A stretch of DNA of 63,737 nucleotides, filler included, from Octopus bimaculoides (GCF_001194135.2; 6 parts of 4 records of this genome joined end to end with filler, not necessarily neighbours in it), one strand, 5' to 3'; numbered from the whole stretch's first letter, positions 38,600-51,580 are shown. Notes: generated by a model from the sequence alone, not told the origin. A program made the numbers and translations.

Positions 38600-39945
38600 A
38601 TCATGAAAAATTGGGGGTGAAGGTATGTAATTTTCTAACCCACCGAAAAGCTCCTTTGTGGCGGTCAGCGCTACGTCTAACACGACCCGTCGTATGGTTG
38701 ACAGTCAAATGAATGGAGGTGTAATGAAGATATTCTAGGTAAATGGGTACATTCTAGAAATGGGTTGCAATGGGAGACGGTAAGGAGCTGGTAGTGCTTG
38801 CAATCTAACCCTACCGCCCGAGCAGCACATGCCATTAGTTTCATTTTGAAATTTGAAAGCTTTGCAGAAACGACAATTTGAGTGTAGCTCACCATTTTGT
38901 ACAGAATTATCATTTTTATAGGAATAAGATGGATCATATCTGAAAGCAGCTCCTCGTGTTACGAAGAGTGAATTTACATGTGATCTATTTCTGAGAGCTA
39001 TTGTATTGGACCTCTGTCTAATCTGGCGTGTTAAACGTTGTTCTAATGATTCAGCATTAAGTATTACAGCATGCCTTAGCTGATATAGGGAAAACCTCAT
39101 CTCCCTTCTCTCTTGAGACTGACGTGCTGCGGCATGCATCTGCTGACCTTGAGAAAGTCTCGTCTCCTTTCTCTGTTGAGACACTCGCCTTTGTTTTCTG
39201 TAATCGTGCTCGCTTTATACGTGCTTCTGGAGGGATTACGTCTTTTCTATAGTGACATATTTTTTCCATATTGTAAACAAAAAATTATGAACATAGAAAA
39301 AATATACATTAATCTCTATTTTTGTAAGCAATTGTAAATATATATTATGTCCGTATTTTTGTATGCTGTGCAAATTTATGAAATATAAGCAAATGAACGA
39401 AATAGCACATGTATGGAACTAAATTAGCAATTTAACGGTGAATGCTACAATAATTATTAAAGAGAGACAAAGAATTTTATGTCTTACCTTGCAACTTCTG
39501 CTATAATTATCATCCAGCGGTAATGGAACCGTAAATATGTAAGGTTTTAAAGGAAATGAATATAAAATTTTGTAGTGACACTGGCCAACTCACACTTCAC
39601 ACATGTCAGTCGTCCACAAAGTATATAAAACAAGCAACACACAAGGACAAAGAGACAAAAATAAAATAACACGTGTCAAATTTTTTTTTCTTTTTTCTAA
39701 AAACGTTCAATGACGTTAACTGGAGTGTGGGGTTCGAGTACACGTCATTCCACCTTTTGATTTATCATTACCATTCTTTTCGTTCGATTTTATTTTTTTT
39801 TAACTAAAACATAACCGGGACCCTAAGTAAGGCATGTGTAAAATTTTAAAATTTGAATGAAATTGGTTGTGTAGTTCTGGAGTTTTAGGGATTCACACGG
39901 ACACATACAGACACACAGACATACATTCTCATTTATACATATATA
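38600..39945 (-). mobile_element. Helitron 5' portion with Rep N-terminal zinc-finger ORF (38735-39184)
   Basis: AAFRYDP...CRFCKAFKFQNETNGMCCSGGRVRLQALPAP; the 5' end tatataaatgagaatgtatgtctgtgtgtctg...aaccaatttcattcaaattt is typical of non-autonomous Helitrons. Confidence 0.88.
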
Positions 39946-39946
39946 T

Positions 39947-40046
39947 NNNNNNNNNNNNNNNNNNNNNNNNNNNNNNNNNNNNNNNNNNNNTTAATTAATT
40001 AANNNNNNNNNNNNNNNNNNNNNNNNNNNNNNNNNNNNNNNNNNNN
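39947..40046. other. Artificial scaffold linker (44N-TTAATTAATTAA-44N)
   Basis: Same construct as 13909. Confidence 0.95.
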
Positions 40047-40067
40047 TATATATATATATATACACAC

Positions 40068-40100
<33 letters not shown>

Positions 40101-40193
40101 CATATATGTATATATATATATATACACACATATATGTATATATACATACACATATATATGTATATATGCATGTATATATATAAATATATATAC

Positions 40194-40226
<33 letters not shown>

Positions 40227-40311
40227 CATCTATATATACACATATATATATGTATGTATATATACATCTATATATACACATATATATATGTATGTATATA
40301 TACATATATAT

Positions 40312-40351
<40 letters not shown>

Positions 40352-40384
40352 ATACACACACATATATATATTCTCAATTATTTC

Positions 40385-40560
40385 CACCATCTCTCAAACC
40401 ATCCCCCAAAACATCATTAACACTATTGCCAAAAACACCTGTCTCCAGCTGTCAAATCTAGTCACTAATAAGCCAATATTTAAAGACACCAAAACACAAT
40501 CCAATGTGCTTATAAAGAAAGAAATATCCTACATGAAGGAACACAATAGAACTAGTAAGA
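40385..40560 (+). mobile_element. Penelope-like thumb fragment
   Basis: [19 protein letters not shown]...PIF resembles the HP..I...I..RLS.LS.N..IF motif also seen at 8900-9150. Confidence 0.55.
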
Positions 40561-41254
40561 GTAACAAAAACTTGAAATGTAATACAGAATTGTGTTATCT
40601 CCAATATTTAATACTGCAAATACAACTTAGATAGCTTGTCTTTATTTAATGCTTTGCCTAAGGATTTTAGTCTATTACAGTGATAACAAAATGTTTAGTA
40701 AACACCATAAAATTTTCATACTCTGCCACACCTATCTCTGTATACGTACTTTCCTCTTTTTGTTTATTGCAAGCTTAATAAACCTAATACAATCTTAATT
40801 ATCAGAAACTACAACTAAAATTTTACTGGCAAGTACCCACTGAAGTCAAATTAATTTATATATTTTTGTGGATATATTACAAAGGACATTATCAGTGTGA
40901 AGTTTTGACACAAAAATTCTTCAAGCTTTTTTTATTAGCCTTTCATGTTATGCATTCAAATTTGATAGTTTTAAAAATACAAAAAAGAAAAAAGAAAAAG
41001 AAAACAAAAAGATGCAAAGATGTCGCCCTTTCATCATCTAAATTGCAAATAAAAACCAGTAATGGAAAACTGTATGCTTAGTCCTGTAATTGAAATAGAA
41101 GACCATGTAATTTGTGCACAGCTGATGCCTATGAAATTCTATTCAGCAAGAAACACCTCTAAATAAACATTCAGAAAGAAATTCAACATGTTGACATAAA
41201 ATATAGAGAATGTTTCAAAACGATACACCTATCATACTTCATCTTGCTATCATC

Positions 41255-41655
41255 ATCGGTCTGTGGTCATGCTGGTCAAGACAGGACCCCAGCATGAGGT
41301 ACTGCCTTGAAAGGTTTTAGCCATACGAGCTGACCCCAATGCTTATTTTCTTTTTTTAAAAGTCTAGTCCTTATTCTATCATTCTCTTCTGCTGAACCTC
41401 TAAGTTTACAGGGACGTAAGCAAACCAACACCAGTTGTCACCCAGTGGGAAGGACAGATGGACGGACACTCGTGTACACACACACACACACATGTAACAG
41501 GTTCTAGGCAATTTCCATCTACAAATTTATTCACAAGACATAGGTTAGCTTGCATATATAGCAGAAAACTCTTGCCCAAGGTGTCATGCAGTAGGATTGA
41601 ACCTGAAACTGTGTGGCTGGAAAGCGAGCTTTGTAACCACACAGTCACACCTGCA
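41255..41655 (-). mobile_element. SINE family A
   Basis: Reverse complement gives the head gtgactgtgtggttacaaagctcgc...gggttcaatcctactgc plus body and tail. Confidence 0.75.
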
Positions 41656-41699
41656 TGTACAAAATTCATATTTAAGGTTGCATCCCTTGGTGAAGAGGA

Positions 41700-41935
41700 T
41701 TGACCTACAAAAGTCCTTGTGCTGGTGCCACATAAAAGCACTTGTGTTGGTGCCACATTAAAAGCACCCAGCATTTTCTGTAAAGTGGTTGGCATTAGGA
41801 AGGGAATCCAGCTGTAAAAACCATGCCAAATTACACTGGAACCTGGTATGGCACTTGGGCTTGCCAGCTCTGGTCAAGCCATCCAACCCATGCCAGCATG
41901 AAAAACGGATGTTAAAAGATGATGATGATGATGAT
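41700..41935 (+). mobile_element. SINE/LINE fragment with RTE-type 3' tail
   Basis: Ends ccaacccatgccagcatgaaaaacggatgttaaaa(gat)n; the same tail occurs at 46325 (+) and 47535 (-). Confidence 0.75.
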
Positions 41936-43074
41936 TCTTTTTGCTCCACTCTGACTTCTTTTGCCTACATTTTTGACTTCCTGTGAATAATGTTAACCTG
42001 ATCAATGCGAAAACCTATCTACAGTGCAGTTGTAGAATTCTCAGTAGTGTTAGACAGAAATTCTTTACGTCAGTTATTCTAGCCTTTTACTTTTTGAGTT
42101 TCCAGAGGAATTGTCAGTACCAAACTTAATAAGATGGTGTCTTCTTAAAAAACAAAAAAAAAAAAATGCCTGAAGGAAAGCAATAAGAGATCGATAAAAG
42201 GAAAGCAATAAGAGATCGATAAAATAAATGCCTGATTGAAATAAGTACTGAAATTAATAGCATTGAATTATTCCCTTAAATGGGGTGACAACCCAGCATT
42301 ACTGAAACCGATAAGGCAATAAAAGAATATTTGTATTAATGGTTTAAGTGTTAGTGTAGATGTGTGGTTAAGAAGCTTGCTTCTCAACTTGTGGTCTTGG
42401 GTTCAGTTCCATTGTGTGGCACCTTATGCAAGTTTCTTTTACTACAGTCTTGGGTCAAGCTTTTGGGGTGGATGTATTGGTATGTGTCTATGTAAACACT
42501 CACATACAATTTTATTTTAACAAACAAGACAAAGGCTGTTTAATATATGCTATACAGTATATTTATTGGTATGAAACTGATTTATTCCATGTGATAACAG
42601 ATTATATATATAATAGATAAAGAATCCAATTGTATATATGTATATATTGTGTGTGAGTGCAAATATATATGTATGTGTACATATATTTATACATATTTTT
42701 GTGTACCTTTGACTAAGCATCATGTGATGGTCATAAACCAGAGTCATCTGAGAAAAACACTTCCTGTCACAGGGAAATATAACCTTGCTATATACAAAGG
42801 TTAGTGACAGGAAGGGCATCGAGCAGTAGAAACCATGCAACAACAGACAATTGGAGTCTGGACATCTCCCTCAACAAATTTTGTGTAACCCATACAAGAA
42901 TAAAAAACCAGGCATTAAATGCCTGCTTTTCCATTCTACCATAATTACCAGCTGAGTAATTATGGTAGAATTATCCAAGACACAAAGGCTTGCAAATGGT
43001 AACAAGTGGCAATGAATAAATCAATCAGCAAATTCAAGTACAGAATAATTTAAAATATTGCAGTTGTCTTTTAT

Positions 43075-43660
43075 CTTTTACTTGTTTCGGTCAATGGACT
43101 GAGGCCATGCTGGGGCACCACCTTGAAGTGTTTGGTCAAACAAACTGACCCCAGCACTCACTTATTTTAAAGTCTGGTACTTATTCTTTTCTACTCTAGG
43201 CACAAAGCCCAAAATTTTGGGGGAGCCGGGGGCAGTCGATTAGATTGACCCCAGTACACAACTGGTACTTAATTTATCGACCCCCGAAAGGATGAAAAGC
43301 AAAGTGAACCTCAGTGGAATTTGAACTCAGAATGTAATGGCAGAGGAAATACCACTAAGCATTTCTGCCAGCTTGCCATCTTAGTCTGGTACTTATTCTA
43401 TCAGTATCTTTTACCAAATGGCTAAGTTACAAGAACATAAACAAACACCAACTGTCAAGTAGGAACAAACAGAAAAACACACATATATATATATATATAT
43501 GTACAATGGGCATCCACACAGTTTTCCTGTAGAAAATCCACTCAGAAGGCTTTAGACAATCTGGGGCTTTAACAGAAGACATCCAAGGTGCCATACAGTG
43601 GAACTGAACCTGAAACTATGTGTTTGCAAAGCTTGCTTGTTAACCACACAACCATGCCTG
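43075..43660 (-). mobile_element. SINE family A interrupted by a SINE family B insertion (43188-43382)
   Basis: Tail at 43075, head at about 43660; 17-bp direct repeat agtctggtacttattct at 43171-43187 and 43383-43399. Confidence 0.85.
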
Positions 43661-44460
43661 CATCTATTGAAAATCTTTAAAAGGTACCATGCTGTAAACT
43701 GTTAGATTTCCAATATTACATTTAGCTGATCTTGATGCTATGAAGCCTGGACAAGACAACATGGTCTGACAAAATGGTAGACTAACGAGGATGAAATTTC
43801 AGCTTCTACTTTTCAGTTTTCAGACTTCCCTGTTCTTTCTCAAAACAATCGTTATATAGATTTAATTAATTACTTAAATAAATTAATTACATTAATTAAT
43901 TTAATTAATCTGTGTGCTTAAATGTGTGTTAAAAACCTTTCGTCATTTATTAATTGAAAAAAAAATCTACGTAACTTGGATGATTAATTATGGATACATA
44001 TACAAACACACATACACACAAATATATGTATAGGTAAGTGTGTATGTAAACACACATACAATTTTGTTAAAAAACAAGACAAAGGTATAAAACTGATTTA
44101 TTTCGTGTGGTAAGGCATACCAGGTTATGTGTGTGTGAGTATATATATATGAAATTCTATTTTTCATAAGTAAGTGTATGCTTCATCTCTCTTTCTCTCT
44201 AGATAGGATGACCTGAAAACTTCTGACAAGTAAATAAAGGCAGGTGAAACTAGTCAAGTTGTTCTTTACGGAGAGAGAAAGAGGGAGAGGAGACTGTGGT
44301 TTCATTATGCTTTCTATTTACACAGTAAGGCCACATTTTTTCTTATATATATATATATATATATATATGAGAAGAAATTTCTGGTGTGGAAGCAAGGCCT
44401 AGTAAGTAGGAAAACAAACGAATCACAAGTCCCTTCAGGGAGATGGCCCTTTTCAATATG

Positions 44461-45347
44461 TACAAAGCATTATCAAAAAATTCCCAGACTAGTTCTGTAG
44501 TGCACCAACAGATGGCAGCACAAGGTTGCATGCCCAGTGAGAGCTAGCAGTGACCTTCATGAGGCAGTGTGCTGAGTGAGATCTTGTGTAGGCTGTTGTC
44601 TGTGATTTTTGTCATGGACAGGAAGTTGGAGCAAAGATGACAACATGAAATTTTGTATTTAACTTGGAAAGTTTACTACAGAGACATTGAGCATGCTTTG
44701 GCAAGCTTATAGTCAGAAGGCAATGGGTTATATGCAATATTTTGAGTGGCATGGGTGCTTCGAAAGTGGAAGAGCGCCCCTAGAAGATGATGTGTGTTCT
44801 GGAAGATCTGCCTTGAGCGTCACCCCTCAGAAATGTGGAGAAAATTCATCAGTTTGTGCACGAGGATTGTCAGATGACAATCAATAATGTTTTGAAGTGT
44901 TTGAAGGTGGACATTCGGTGAAAGCAACCGGATCTGTAGAGTGTGAAGAATAGGATTCTTCACAATGACAATGGCACCTTGTCACTGAGCTTTCCTCCTC
45001 ACTCGTGGGTTTCTCGCATAAAACAATATGGTATCTCTTCTGCACCTGGCCTATTCACCAGATTTAGAACTTGCGGAATTTCATCTCTTCCCCAAAATGA
45101 AACTGCAGCTCAACAGTCACCATTTTAACATCCTTGTCGAGGTCAAGAGTGAATCATAGAAATCTCTCGACTTGCTTACAGAAAGCGACTTCCAGGCCAG
45201 ATTCCAAAAGTGGCAGGAACGCTGAGATGACCGGTGTATTGCTGTGCAGGGTAACTATTTTGAAGGAGATGATGTTAAAACCTAAGAAAATAAATTAGTT
45301 TTTATTAAACATAATTAGTCTGGGAACTTTTTTCGATACAGCCGGGT
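44461..45347 (+). mobile_element. Mariner transposon, internally deleted
   Basis: HTH region MLWQAY...YFEWHGCFESGRAPLEDD..SGR, ILHNDN, ...YSPDL-like segment; TIRs tatcaaaaaattcccagact / agtctgggaacttttttcgata. Confidence 0.85.
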
Positions 45348-45359
45348 GTTGATAGAAAC

Positions 45360-46327
45360 TCCATACATTGTATCCAGTGCAAGCTTTGGACACATACAAG
45401 GTATAACAGTATCACAGGAAGGTTAACAGAGAATATAATGTTTGTGTGTAGCAAATGTTCAGGTACAATAAGCACTAAAAATGCACAGGCAATAGACTCT
45501 CTTAAATCATTGGGGAGATCATTAGATGTAGCAGATAGCTTCTGTTACCAAGGAGATCAAGTTAGCAGTAGTGGTAGCAGTTTTGAAAGTGTACTTGCTA
45601 GAATAAGAACGGGCTAGACAATGTTCAGAGAATTTCTGTCTTTGTAGACAACTGAGGGCCTCTCCCTCAGAGTGAAAGGCAAATTGTATGATGCTGTGTC
45701 TACATAGAGCTATGTTACATGACTGAAACATGGATTTTGACTTCAGAGGATGTGCGTAAGCTTGGAAGAAATGAAGCTAGCATGCTCCATTGGATGAGTA
45801 AGGTCAGTGTTCATGCATAGCAGAGTGTAAATAATTTGGAGGAAAAACTGGATATGAGACATCAGATGTTGTGGGCAAGAGAGAAGACTGCACTGGTTTG
45901 GTCATGTGATGCATATGGATGAGGACAGCTACATGACAATGTGCTGAGCTCCAATTGTGGAGGATACCTGTGGAAGGAGTGGACCTAGGAAGATGTTGGA
46001 CGAATTGGTGAGAAAGGATCTTCAAATGCTGGGCCTCACTGACAAAATAACAAGGGATTGGGAGATGTGGCAATTTGCTGTACTTGATAGGACGATTCAA
46101 AGTGAATAAAATCGTTGTCTTCATCACATACAGGTTTGTCCTTTCAGGTGCCAGTGCCATGTGTAAAGCATCCAGCACTGTCTATTAAGTGGTTGGCATT
46201 AAGAAGGGCATCCTGCTGTAGAAATCAAGCCACAACAGGCAATTGGTGTCTGGCCAGTTCCTTGTCAAAACATCTAACTCATACCAGCATGGAAAACGGA
46301 TATTAAACGATGATGATGATGATGATG
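45360..46327 (+). mobile_element. RTE LINE 3' portion with (GAT)n tail
   Basis: DSFCY.GDQVS, LSLRVKGKLYD, ETW...EASMLHW motifs; tail accagcatggaaaacggatattaaac(gat)n. Confidence 0.85.
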
Positions 46328-46430
46328 ATATATATAAAATTAAATAATAAGGGTAGAAATTGATATTAATCAATTAAAACCAGTGGCTTAGCATATTTAA
46401 AAAATCTGAAGATTAAAAATTGTGTTACAT

Positions 46431-46609
46431 ACAAAATTAAGAGGAATGACCACTAAAGTGGACACCTAATATGCTCAGCAAAACGCCAAAATATTTTGGC
46501 GTTTTGCTGAGATTTTTCTTGAGAATACACTCTCCGTGGTAATGTCAATTTGATGTCTATGTTTAGCATATTAGGTGTCCACTTTAGTGGTCATTCCTCT
46601 TAATTTTGT
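46431..46609. repeat. Perfect 45-bp inverted repeat enclosing a perfect 38-bp palindrome
   Basis: 46431-46475 is the exact reverse complement of 46565-46609; 46474-46511 is self-complementary with no spacer. Confidence 0.97.
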
Positions 46610-46634
46610 GTATATATATACATATGTATGTATA

Positions 46635-47466
46635 TATATTAAGAATAACTAGGTAGTCAGAATGTTGGATAATCATATGTATTTTTATTTACATTTTTAG
46701 CGCTTTCTTCCATTATTAGATTTATGAAAAAAGTAGTTTACAGTAAGCTTGCTTCCCCTTTTTATATAAAATTGAAACTGATGTTTTAGAAAAAGAGAGA
46801 GGACGAGAGAACAAATTAGAAAGGAAGGTGCAGAGATGAGAGAGGAGGAGAGAGAGTGAAGATAGAGAAAAGAAAGTAGGAGTGNNNNNNNNNNNNNNNN
46901 NNNNNNNNNNNNNNNNNNNNNNNNNNNNNNNNNNNNNNNNNNNNNNNNNNNNNNNNNNNNNNNNNNNNNNNNNNNNNNNNNNNNNNNNNNNNNNNNNNNN
47001 NNNNNNNNNNNNNNNNNNNNNNNNNNNNNNNNNNNNNNNNNNNNNNNNNNNNNNNNNNNNNNNNNNNNNNNNNNNNNNNNNNNNNNNNNNNNNNNNNNNN
47101 NNNNNNNNNNNNNNNNNNNNNNNNNNNNNNNNNNNNNNNNNNNNNNNNNNNNNNNNNNNNNNNNNNNNNNNNNNNNNNNNNNNNNNNNNNNNNNNNNNNN
47201 NNNNTTTAGCTGTGTATGGCTATGTTTTTGAAAGAGTGATTTTTAAGTAAGTATAGTGATGATTGCACCTTGCTTTCTAATCTGTTCCCCTTCCTCTTTC
47301 TCTCTCTCTCCCTTCCTAAAACATCAGTTTCAATTTTATATAAAAAGGGGAAGCAAGCTTACTGTAAACTACTTTTTTGATAAATCCAATAATGGAAGAA
47401 AGCGCTAAAAATGTAAATAAAAATATAATCATCCAACATTCTGATTACCTTGTTATTCTCAATATA
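46635..47466. mobile_element. Foldback element with about 220-bp inverted arms flanking an N gap
   Basis: 46635-46855 matches the reverse complement of 47255-47466 at high identity (for example tttagcgctttcttccattatt...gcttgcttcccctttttatataaaattgaaactgatgttttag). Confidence 0.85.
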
Positions 47467-47684
47467 CAATATCTGTATATCACTTCAAAAACTCTCCCCC
47501 TCTCTCTCTCTCTCTACACACACACATATATTATCATCATCATCGTTTAACGTCCGCTTTCCATGCTAGCATGGGTTGGACGATTTGACTGAGGACTGGT
47601 GAACCGGATGGCGGCACCAGGCTCCAATCTGATCTGGCAGTTTCTACATATAAATATAAGAGAGAGAGAGAGGTGGGGGTATGG

Positions 47685-47960
47685 GCATGGCTGTATGGTT
47701 TAAGAAGCTTGCTTCCCAACCATGTGGTCTTTGGTTCAGTCTCACTGTGTGGCTCCTTGGGCAAGTGTTTTCCACTGTAGTCCTAGGCTGATAAAAGCCT
47801 AGTGGATGGATTTGGTAGGCAGACACCTGAAAGATTTTACTTTGCTTAGAAACAGGTGAGGGTTGGTGAGAGGAAGGGCATCCAGCTGTAGGAAAAGGAA
47901 ATCTGCCTCAACAAAACTTCTTCCATCTGACTGATGCAAACTTGGATAAGTGGACCTTAC
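47685..47960 (+). mobile_element. SINE with family A head
   Basis: ggcatggctgtatggtttaagaagcttgcttcccaaccatg...ggttcagtctcactg. Confidence 0.8.
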
Positions 47961-48984
47961 CTGTTTATCATTTAAACTGACCACATTCAGCCTAAATATT
48001 CTGCTTGTTTTATGTTCAAACTGACCAGACCCATCCACCCTTACAATGTCATCTTGAAATAAGCAATCACATCAAAGAAATCTTGAAGCTACAAGATGAT
48101 GCATGACTATTTCCAAACAGTGTGCAGAAATAAGCATCACATTTGATAAAGGGTTAAGTGATTCATACAATGGTAAAACAGATGTAAAACAATGATGCAC
48201 ACATATGATGTACTTTACAGCTCTACTCACCATTGCTAGCGAGTAGGCTAACATTGACTGCAAGGCTAGTCCATCACAGGGTTACACATTTACAGATGGA
48301 GTGGTCTGGAGCAAGTGAAATGAAGTGTTTTGCTCAAGAACACAACATGCTGCCTGGTTTGGGAATTGAAACCGTGATCTCACAACTGCAACATACCTAA
48401 CTAGCAGGCCACACACACAGACATATTTATATGACTCTTATCATAGGGCAGAGTAGGAGTTGGTGGGGGGAATTGGAAAGGAGGGGATTAAAAGTGAAAT
48501 GGAGTAGAGTGGACAGGTGTTAAATCAATAAAAATAAAGTTCAATAAATAGTAAATAAATTTAAATAATATAATAAATAAAAGAGAATGGAATAGAATAG
48601 GGTTGTCTGGTGGAGTGGATAAATGATGATAAATAATGGCTCCTTAAAGATATTTGTTGAGAAAAGAATTTGGTGGATGTATGTGTATACAGACACACAC
48701 ACACATATATATAGAAGGAGATGAATTGAGATAATAAAATTAAATGCAAAACCATTAATTGACAGACCATTAATTGACAAAGCATGCCCATTAAGAGGTT
48801 TGGCCCTTTAATTGTTGTTTATTTGCAGTGTGAATTCCTCCAGATTCGGAAAAAGCATAAGAATTTTAAAGATAAATTAGTGATGACAGTAAAGACAATA
48901 GATGCTTGTAATGATGATGATGATGATGATGATGCTGGTAAATTGTAGTAATGTTGGCATTGATGATGATGATTAATGATAATA

Positions 48985-49310
48985 ATAATTCTCCCTACTG
49001 TAGGTATAGGGCCTGAAATTTTTTGGGGAAGGGGAAAGTCAATAACATTGATGCCAGTACTCAACTGATACTTATTTTATCGACCCCAAAAGAAAGAAAG
49101 GCAATAATAATAATAATAATAATTATTATTATTATTATTATTATTGGTGTTATTATTGTTATTTATTATCATTGTTGTTGTTATTGTTCAACTGGTACTT
49201 ATTTTGTCAACCCCAAAAGAATGAAAGGCAAATTTGAACATAAAAGATAAAAGAAATACTGCTAAGCATTTTGTCCAGCAAGCTAACCATTCTACCAGCT
49301 CACTGCCTTA
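48985..49310 (-). mobile_element. SINE family B pieces split by (AAT/ATT)n
   Basis: ctggtacttattttgtcaacccc...ctaagcattttgtccagcaagctaacc. Confidence 0.7.
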
Positions 49311-49326
49311 ATAATGATAATAATAA

Positions 49327-49677
49327 TAACGAGCACTCAGAGAGTGCAGACCTCCACCAAGGCAACACCAATGTCTTCTCAACAATTAGCTGGAGATGAT
49401 TTTTAAAATGAGAATATCTGAAATAAACTTAAATGCTCTAACAAATGAGAATACTAAAAATGAACCCAACTGCTTAAAAAACAGGAAAAGTAATCCAGAA
49501 TCCTTGTCCAGTACCGGATCAATCCCAAAATCTAATCAGTTCGTGGCAGTTACAATGCCAAACATCCATGAAAGTTTCATCCGAATCCATCATGGTTCTT
49601 GAGATATCTTGTCTATGGACAAACAAACAAACATGACTGAAAACAGTACCTCTGCCTTTGCTAAGGTGGAGGTAATA
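49327..49677 (+). mobile_element. Non-autonomous Helentron/DINE-like element
   Basis: Subterminal repeat cctccaccaaggc, internal (CAAA)n, 3' hairpin cctctgcctttgctaaggtggagg. Confidence 0.65.
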
Positions 49678-49779
49678 ACACTTTTTACTATAGGCAAGAG
49701 ATCTGAAACTCTGGGGGAATCAATTACATTGATACCAGTGTTCAACTGGTACTTATTTTATCAACCTCAAAAGGATAAA

Positions 49780-50137
49780 GGGCTATGTTGGTCTTATTAC
49801 AGAGGCATCAAGCTGTTAGATCAGGTTATGAAAGTTACAGAGAGGGTCATAGCCCAACTAATTAGGGAGCGAATCAATTTAGATGAGATGCAGTTTGGGT
49901 TCGTGCCAGGTAAAAGCACTACTGATGCCTTATTTTTGTGGTGAGACAGCTGCAGGAGAAATACCTAGCTAAGGATAAACCTCTGTACTTGGCTTTCATT
50001 GACATGGAGAAAGCCTTTGACAGGGTCCCCCGATCCCTTATCTGGTGGTCAATGAGGAAACTTGGGATAGAAGAATGGTTAGTGAGAGCAGTGTGAGCCA
50101 TGTACAAAGATGCTGCCAGTAAGGTGAGGGTTGGAAA
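49780..50137 (+). mobile_element. RTE LINE reverse-transcriptase fragment, well preserved
   Basis: YRGIKLLDQVMKV...MQFGFVPGKSTTDA...LYLAFIDMEKAFDRVPR; cut by the linker. Confidence 0.92.
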
Positions 50138-50237
50138 NNNNNNNNNNNNNNNNNNNNNNNNNNNNNNNNNNNNNNNNNNNNTTAATTAATTAANNNNNNN
50201 NNNNNNNNNNNNNNNNNNNNNNNNNNNNNNNNNNNNN
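50138..50237. other. Artificial scaffold linker (44N-TTAATTAATTAA-44N)
   Basis: Same construct as 13909. Confidence 0.95.
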
Positions 50238-50279
<42 letters not shown>

Positions 50280-51358
50280 GTAAAATGCCCTGATGCCGTA
50301 CCGGGCGCAAATTCTTTTCTCATGAGAGTTCCGGACACCAGTTATGAACTCATTTGCATACAGCCAATCAAAGCTCAACTATCAAACTAATTTATGGGCG
50401 TATAACAAGTGATGGGCGATGAGATAAGATTACTTGGGTAAGGAATGACTATGCTTCTTTTCTCTTTTAATTATGTTCTTGTTCTTGTTTCAACCATGGC
50501 TGCCTCTGCGTAGTTATTTGTGTTGTTTACTTTGTAAAGCGGTAAGGGGAGAGGGTTGCTAGCACGTCACCCTCAACCCACATTTTTCCCTTCCACATCT
50601 TTACCATATGGTAAACAAAATCCGATAATAGGTATAGATGCAAATCTATCTAATAACTTATCTCCTTCTAAAATCAGGCATAACTTGACGATCGGTAGAC
50701 TTACAACACCGTTCTTCGTCTTGAGCTTACTTGGTAGATTGTGTTTGTTAACTTGACAACAAGGTCAAGGTGAGCTCTGATTGGTTGTATGAGTTCATTC
50801 CTGGGGTCCGGAACTCTCGCGAGGAAAAAATTCTCGTACCGCGCGGTGACTCTCATCGCTTCTCTCTTAACTCACTGGAAGTCTTATCATGTACATTATT
50901 TTGTCTTAGCATAAAAGATGGGTTACAGCAAATATTCTGCTAAGTACAACAGATTTGCTTGTCATTTGCTTGTCATTTGCTTGACCTTAACCAGTTGAGC
51001 ATGTCCTTTGGTGCATTACTGATCAAGACCAGAAGTAGTGGGGAAATGTCATAGCCATGTGTTGAGAGAAACTTTTTTAGGGGTTGAAAACGTGGGTGTT
51101 TTGCTCAATATCCTTAAACAACCATTATTCGAGGACCTTTTAAGGGGCATGGGCTACTTGACCTGAAGTAAACTCTAACTGATCTCCACTTGCAAGGTCA
51201 TGCGCTGTATATCTTGATATGAGATCACTATGTCACGCACATATGGTTGAGATGCATGTACCTCGTTTTGAGATGCATGCACCATTATGGGTATACTGGG
51301 CTTTGTATATTTTACCCCAGTGTCACTTTGATGGCATGCGCTGATCTCTCTCTCACTT
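50280..51358 (+). mobile_element. SINE-like family C (AAT-tailed), interrupted by a MITE
   Basis: Starts aaatgccctgatgccgtacc, resumes after 50844, ends ...ttttaccccagtgtcactttgatggcatgc...ctctcact(aat)n; second copy at 63538-63685. Confidence 0.7.
50307..50835. mobile_element. MULE-like MITE (529 bp, about 70-bp TIRs, 9-bp TSD)
   Basis: TIR core gagagttccggac...atgaactcat...ccaatca.agctca at both ends; flanks gtaccgggc (50298-50306) and gtaccgcgc (50836-50844). Confidence 0.8.
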
Positions 51359-51359
51359 A

Positions 51360-51579
<220 letters not shown>

Positions 51580-51580
<1 letters not shown>

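Noticed and set aside
42173-42222. Exact 25-bp tandem duplication
   Set aside because: Ordinary slippage duplication; two units only, no spacers, so not CRISPR-like.
43726-43769. Plus-strand terminal exon candidate (DLDAMKPGQDNMV-stop)
   Set aside because: Weak acceptor, no recognisable homology and no partner exons.
48829-48888. 60-nt plus-strand exon candidate (CEFLQIRKKHKNFKDKLVMT)
   Set aside because: Good acceptor but poor donor (CA/gtaaag); not distinguishable from chance without RNA data.
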